Shown: positions 58,943-64,000 of the stretch, one piece after another
Layout: each line of letters begins with the position of its first letter
Numbering within the stretch: the stretch's first letter is position 1
From: a bacterium
Lineage (GTDB): Bacteria > Bacillota > Clostridia > Oscillospirales > Oscillospiraceae
DNA: 64,000 nt
Direction of reading: 5' to 3'
NCBI GenBank assembly: GCA_004562395.1
Contig: SFQY01000007.1
Span: 13,272 to 77,271 of the forward strand
The notes under the pieces: model-generated
What the model was told of the DNA's origin: nothing
The model's input: only the letters and a program-made list of their open reading frames with translations
Database searches by the model: none
Made by a program: the position numbers and the translations under genes

Positions 58943-59970
58943 AGCAGCTTCTGAACACCCTGTTTGTCACCTCTGAGGACATTTACCTGTCATTGGAGGG
59001 AGAAAACGTCCTGGCCAACCGGGACAGGGAAGTGGTTGCCCGGTATCCCCTGCATACGCTGCAGACCATTGTCAGCTTCTCTTATTCCGGGGCATCTCCG
59101 GCACTGATGGGAGCCTGCGCCGAGAAGCGGATCGGACTGGCATTCTGTACGCCCAGAGGGAAGTTCCTGGCGCGGGTCTGCGGAGAAAGCAACGGCAACG
59201 TTCTGCTGCGCCGGAAACAATACCGGATCGCGGACGACCCGCGGCAAAGCTGTACCGTTGCCCGGTATATGATCTTTGGGAAGCTCAGCAATTCCGCGGC
59301 AAGCATTCAAAGAACCCTGCGGGATCATGCACCGCGAGTGGAAAACTGCGGCCTGGAGGAGGCGGCCGGTCAAATCCGGAAGCTGCTACCCCAGGTGCTG
59401 GAGGTGCCGGATATGGAGGCGCTTCGTGGTCTGGAGGGCGTGGGCGCGGCGGCCTATTTCGGCGTTTTTGACCATATGCTGCTGAACCGGAAGGGGGATT
59501 TCTTCTTCCGGGGGCGCAGCCGCCGGCCGCCGCTGGACCGGGTCAACGCCATGCTGTCTTTTGCCTATAGCCTTTTGGCACACGACTGTGCCAGCGCGCT
59601 GGAAAGTGTGGGGCTGGATCCCTATGTGGGATTTCTTCACAGAGACCGTCCGGGACGGGAATCCCTGGCCTTGGACTTGATGGAGGAACTGCGGCCATGC
59701 ATGGCAGACCGCTTTGTACTGACGCTGGTGAACAACCGGATGGTTCGGCCAGAGGATTTTCAGGCACAGGACAGCGGCGCGGTCCTGCTCACCGACGAGG
59801 GGCGGAAAAAGTTTCTGAAAGCATGGCAAGAGAGAAAACGGGATACGCTGACCCATCCCTATCTCAATGAGAAAATGAGCTGGGGGCTGATTCCCTATGT
59901 TCAGGCGCTGCTGCTTGCCCGGTATCTCCGGGGAGATTTGGACGCCTATCCGCCGTTTTTATGGAAGTGA
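58939..59970 (+). CDS. cas1: Type I-C Cas1
   Basis: LNTLFV, GNVLLRRKQY, LRGLEG, NAMLSFAY, GFLH, DLMEELR. Confidence 0.96.
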   Translation: MKQLLNTLFVTSEDIYLSLEGENVLANRDREVVARYPLHTLQTIVSFSYSGASPALMGACAEKRIGLAFCTPRGKFLARVCGESNGNVLLRRKQYRIADDPRQSCTVARYMIFGKLSNSAASIQRTLRDHAPRVENCGLEEAAGQIRKLLPQVLEVPDMEALRGLEGVGAAAYFGVFDHMLLNRKGDFFFRGRSRRPPLDRVNAMLSFAYSLLAHDCASALESVGLDPYVGFLHRDRPGRESLALDLMEELRPCMADRFVLTLVNNRMVRPEDFQAQDSGAVLLTDEGRKKFLKAWQERKRDTLTHPYLNEKMSWGLIPYVQALLLARYLRGDLDAYPPFLWK

Positions 59971-59974
59971 GGAT

Positions 59975-60265
59975 ATGTTGGTTCTGATTACTTACGACGT
60001 CAGCACGGAGGATGCCGCCGGGCGAAAAAGACTGCGGCAGATTGCGAAAAAATGTGTGGACTACGGCCAGCGGGTGCAGAACTCGGTGTTTGAGTGCCTG
60101 CTGGACGCCGGCCAGTGCCGCAGTCTGCAGGCCAAGCTGCTGTCCATCATGGATCCGGAAAAGGACAGCCTCCGCTTCTACTACCTGGGGAATCAATATG
60201 AAAAAAAGGTTGAGCATTTCGGCTGCAAGAACACCTATCTGCCGGAGGATACCCTGATCCTGTAG
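59975..60265 (+). CDS. cas2: Cas2
   Basis: VLITYDV, RVQNSVFEC, DSLRFY. Confidence 0.96.
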   Translation: MLVLITYDVSTEDAAGRKRLRQIAKKCVDYGQRVQNSVFECLLDAGQCRSLQAKLLSIMDPEKDSLRFYYLGNQYEKKVEHFGCKNTYLPEDTLIL

Positions 60266-60435
60266 TGCGAAGCTCCGGTGAACAGGAATTCCCGGGAGGT
60301 TCGCACGGCTTTTTCGTGAACCTGTGTGGAGAATACCTGCTTTTGAACCGGTTTGGTACGGCTTTTCCGGGGGCCTGCCCGACAAAATTTGATACCTTTG
60401 CCAAAGATGCCGCCGGAAATTTATGCATCTTTGCT
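60266..60435 (+). promoter_or_regulatory. CRISPR leader
   Basis: Non-coding region between cas2 and the first repeat; begins TGCGAA...GTTCGCA inverted motif, ends TTTGCT. Confidence 0.75.
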
Positions 60436-63400
60436 GTCGCTCCCCCCACGGGGAGCGTGGATTGAAATACCCGCAGAAACAGCGTTAAATGGTATATCAG
60501 GAGTCGCTCCCCCCACGGGGAGCGTGGATTGAAATGTCGCGGAAAAACTCGTTGCAAATGAGCGCATAGTCGCTCCCCCCACGGGGAGCGTGGATTGAAA
60601 TCATAATGGACTCCGGGCTTGTGAACTTTCCGCTGGTCGCTCCCCCCACGGGGAGCGTGGATTGAAATTCGTCGCGAAAGAACTCGTTGCAGATCAGCGC
60701 GGTCGCTCCCCCCACGGGGAGCGTGGATTGAAATCCTTCTTCCTGCTCTGCACCGGCCTGCGCAAAAGGTCGCTCCCCCCACGGGGAGCGTGGATTGAAA
60801 TATCGATCGTCTTAAATTGCTGCCGGAAAGAGGTGTCGCTCCCCCCACGGGGAGCGTGGATTGAAATAGTAAAAGACTTGATAAAGTCGTGATTGACGTC
60901 GGTCGCTCCCCCCACGGGGAGCGTGGATTGAAATATGACGTTCGAATCCTTAAGTTCAACGGACTCGGGTCGCTCCCCCCACGGGGAGCGTGGATTGAAA
61001 TCGTCCGTGATGAATCTTCTTGCTTTTAATTTTCGTCGCTCCCCCCACGGGGAGCGTGGATTGAAATGGAAAATAGAACCGGAGAGGATAAGCCGAAGAA
61101 AGTCGCTCCCCCCACGGGGAGCGTGGATTGAAATATCACGTGCGAAATTTGGAGAGCCTATCGGGATGTCGCTCCCCCCACGGGGAGCGTGGATTGAAAT
61201 AGACGTATCACCATCCTTTACAACATCAGAGACGTCGCTCCCCCCACGGGGAGCGTGGATTGAAATTCAAAGCCGATGACCTGTATTACGATAATGCTGG
61301 GTCGCTCCCCCCACGGGGAGCGTGGATTGAAATTTTTGATACCGACTCTATGGAGTTTGACCCTTGTGTCGCTCCCCCCACGGGGAGCGTGGATTGAAAT
61401 TCACCCGCTGCAAGGCTCTACATGGCCCTGTAGCGTCGCTCCCCCCACGGGGAGCGTGGATTGAAATAGACTTCCATCCCCGGCTCTGGTGAGTCCACAG
61501 GTCGCTCCCCCCACGGGGAGCGTGGATTGAAATACAAGAAGCAAAGCTTGCTGGAAAAATCAAATTATTGTCGCTCCCCCCACGGGGAGCGTGGATTGAA
61601 ATTCGATGATGGTTTCAAGCTGCCGGATGTTATCGGTCGCTCCCCCCACGGGGAGCGTGGATTGAAATATTTTGTTGCGTTGGCCTTATTTGCCAGCGTC
61701 TTGTCGCTCCCCCCACGGGGAGCGTGGATTGAAATCTAACTTACCTTGCAGCGTTTAACAAACGCTGCGGTCGCTCCCCCCACGGGGAGCGTGGATTGAA
61801 ATACGGGAATAATCTATATGACAGCCAAGACAACGACCGTCGCTCCCCCCACGGGGAGCGTGGATTGAAATCTATCTCTGTGTCTGAGGTTACCAATAAT
61901 GCTCAGGTCGCTCCCCCCACGGGGAGCGTGGATTGAAATGTCGACGAGGTCTTGCCTGGCGATACCTTTAACGTCGCTCCCCCCACGGGGAGCGTGGATT
62001 GAAATCGCCTGTTGGTACATCTGCTTGGAAGGCTTGGCAGTCGCTCCCCCCACGGGGAGCGTGGATTGAAATTCCAGCTGCCTGCCAACTGCTCAGAAGG
62101 GCGATCGTCGCTCCCCCCACGGGGAGCGTGGATTGAAATTTGCGTTTGACCATTTGCTGGTCGATATCATAGGGTCGCTCCCCCCACGGGGAGCGTGGAT
62201 TGAAATACCCTGCGGAAGGACGGGCGATACATGGCGAGATGTCGCTCCCCCCACGGGGAGCGTGGATTGAAATATACGTATGCCGGATCCCCCGTCCATC
62301 AGATTTGTCGCTCCCCCCACGGGGAGCGTGGATTGAAATTTGTTAAGAAAGGCTATCATTTTACCCTGTGTTAGTCGCTCCCCCCACGGGGAGCGTGGAT
62401 TGAAATACCAGAAAATGGAAAAAGAGCGCTCCAGGATCAAGTCGCTCCCCCCACGGGGAGCGTGGATTGAAATTACTGGAACTTAATAATGATGAACTTA
62501 AAAATGAGTCGCTCCCCCCACGGGGAGCGTGGATTGAAATAGGAGATTTGGGCCGATTACCGTTATAAGCCGTGTCGCTCCCCCCACGGGGAGCGTGGAT
62601 TGAAATACCAGAGAGAATATCGGCAAACCAGCGCTTCCAGGTCGCTCCCCCCACGGGGAGCGTGGATTGAAATTCAAATTTAACGGACTCGGTCAGCCGA
62701 TCTACAAGTCGCTCCCCCCACGGGGAGCGTGGATTGAAATACCACAAAACTCACGCCAGTGCTTCCAGACCAAAGTCGCTCCCCCCACGGGGAGCGTGGA
62801 TTGAAATTTCCGATGTCGCTTCTGCCCGCGATGAGCTTATGGTCGCTCCCCCCACGGGGAGCGTGGATTGAAATACGTATGCCAAAGCCGGATCGGCAAG
62901 GGGCGGCGTCGCTCCCCCCACGGGGAGCGTGGATTGAAATCTCTTTCGGCTTTTTTGCCTCCTCAAGACGGTGGGTCGCTCCCCCCACGGGGAGCGTGGA
63001 TTGAAATTACAAAGACGAGAACGAAAAATTCCTGGCAATGGTCGCTCCCCCCACGGGGAGCGTGGATTGAAATCGGTATTATTTTGTTGGTGCGTATGAA
63101 ATAGCCGGTCGCTCCCCCCACGGGGAGCGTGGATTGAAATCGATACCCCCAGGGGGGGTCTTGAAGCCAGGGGTCGCTCCCCCCACGGGGAGCGTGGATT
63201 GAAATATTGAAATCAATCCTTCTTCCTACGTGGACCTGTCGTCGCTCCCCCCACGGGGAGCGTGGATTGAAATATTTCTCTTCTGATTGGAGGTTGATTT
63301 TTTGAATCGTCGCTCCCCCCACGGGGAGCGTGGATTGAAATCGTATCTGAGGTTACTAATAATGCTCAGACTGCGGTCGCTCCCCCCACGGGGAGCGTGG

Positions 63401-64000
63401 ATTGAAATGTAGATATAAATTTCCGCCCTTGGGTTTTCCTTGTCGCTCCCCCCACGGGGAGCGTGGATTGAAATATTTATATACAGACGAGTGACACCTT
63501 ATCTCTGGTGTCGCTCCCCCCACGGGGAGCGTGGATTGAAATGAGATAGCGAGGATCAAAGCAAGACATAAAATCGTCGCTCCCCCCACGGGGAGCGTGG
63601 ATTGAAATAATTTTCTCGTCCCATTATGAACATATACAGCAGTCGCTCCCCCCACGGGGAGCGTGGATTGAAATCGTAGAGGAACTTTCCGAGTGTCAGA
63701 AAGAAATAGTCGCTCCCCCCACGGGGAGCGTGGATTGAAATATATCGTCCAACTCTTTCTGGACGGTAGGAAGCTGTCGCTCCCCCCACGGGGAGCGTGG
63801 ATTGAAATCTCAATTTCGGAGGAAAGGGCGATAAGACTCGGAGTCGCTCCCCCCACGGGGAGCGTGGATTGAAATTTGACCCGGTGACATCAATGGACGC
63901 CCTTGCGGGTCGCTCCCCCCACGGGGAGCGTGGATTGAAATGGTTTCCAGCCACAAAAAGCACCCCCAGAAAAGAGTCGCTCCCCCCACGGGGAGCGTGG
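60436..64000 (+). CRISPR. Type I-C array, repeat GTCGCTCCCCCCACGGGGAGCGTGGATTGAAAT (33 bp): 53 complete repeats plus one cut by the window end, 53 spacers of 32-36 bp
   Basis: Manual count; hairpin CGCTCCCC/GGGGAGCG and ATTGAAAT 3' end typical of I-C. Confidence 0.98.

Larger units (their letters stand above)
50122..64000. mobile_element. Putative sigK-intervening (skin-like) element carrying type I-C CRISPR-Cas; right end outside the window
   Basis: Abrupt end of sigK homology, AT-richer DNA after the junction, defence cargo; recombinase and 3' sigK not visible. Confidence 0.6.

Noticed and set aside
62274..62907. Spacers 28 and 37 share ACGTATGCC
   Set aside because: Only 9 nt shared, with no codon-consistent extension.
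63206..63240. Spacer 42 starts with ATTGAAAT, identical to the repeat's last 8 nt
   Set aside because: Spacer length is normal (35 bp) and it reads as plausible coding sequence; a single case cannot be told from chance.
60147..63963. Many ORFs with repeating peptides (FQSTLPVGGAT, ISIHAPRGGSD, SLPPRGAWIEI)
   Set aside because: Translations of the CRISPR repeat, not genes.
60436..64000. Self-targeting spacers within this window
   Set aside because: None noticed by eye; a proper alignment was not possible, so this is not excluded.

Overview
Chromosomal segment of a high-GC, spore-forming clostridial Firmicute, most like Oscillospiraceae (inferred from gene set and codon style). Left half: two ECF sigma/anti-sigma pairs, an AfuABC/FbpABC-like ABC transporter with a HAD phosphatase, prs, aspS, a SpoIIQ-like M23 protein, an EF-G paralogue, minD-mgsA-like-hisS, pta, iscS-iscU-rrf2 and spoIVB. 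spoIVB is followed by accessory genes, including a Phd/RelE toxin-antitoxin pair, separated by two diverged copies of the spoIVB 3' end, which looks like a cassette array. The middle holds a cobalamin-riboswitch-controlled tetrapyrrole operon (cbiC, cbiK-cbiL, hemA-sirC, hemC, cobA-hemD, hemB, hemL) and a Shango-type anti-phage trio. At about 49.9-50.1 kb the sporulation sigma factor gene sigK breaks off after its VAHIM motif. Everything after it (two cargo genes, a complete type I-C cas operon and a CRISPR array of at least 54 repeats running off the window) looks like a sigK-intervening (skin-like) element carrying CRISPR-Cas. At least 9 of 53 spacers translate to motifs of the Microviridae major capsid protein, including pairs differing only at synonymous positions. 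Several unrelated REP-like palindrome families share one 12-bp terminal inverted repeat. All family assignments are by motif recognition; no database searches were run.
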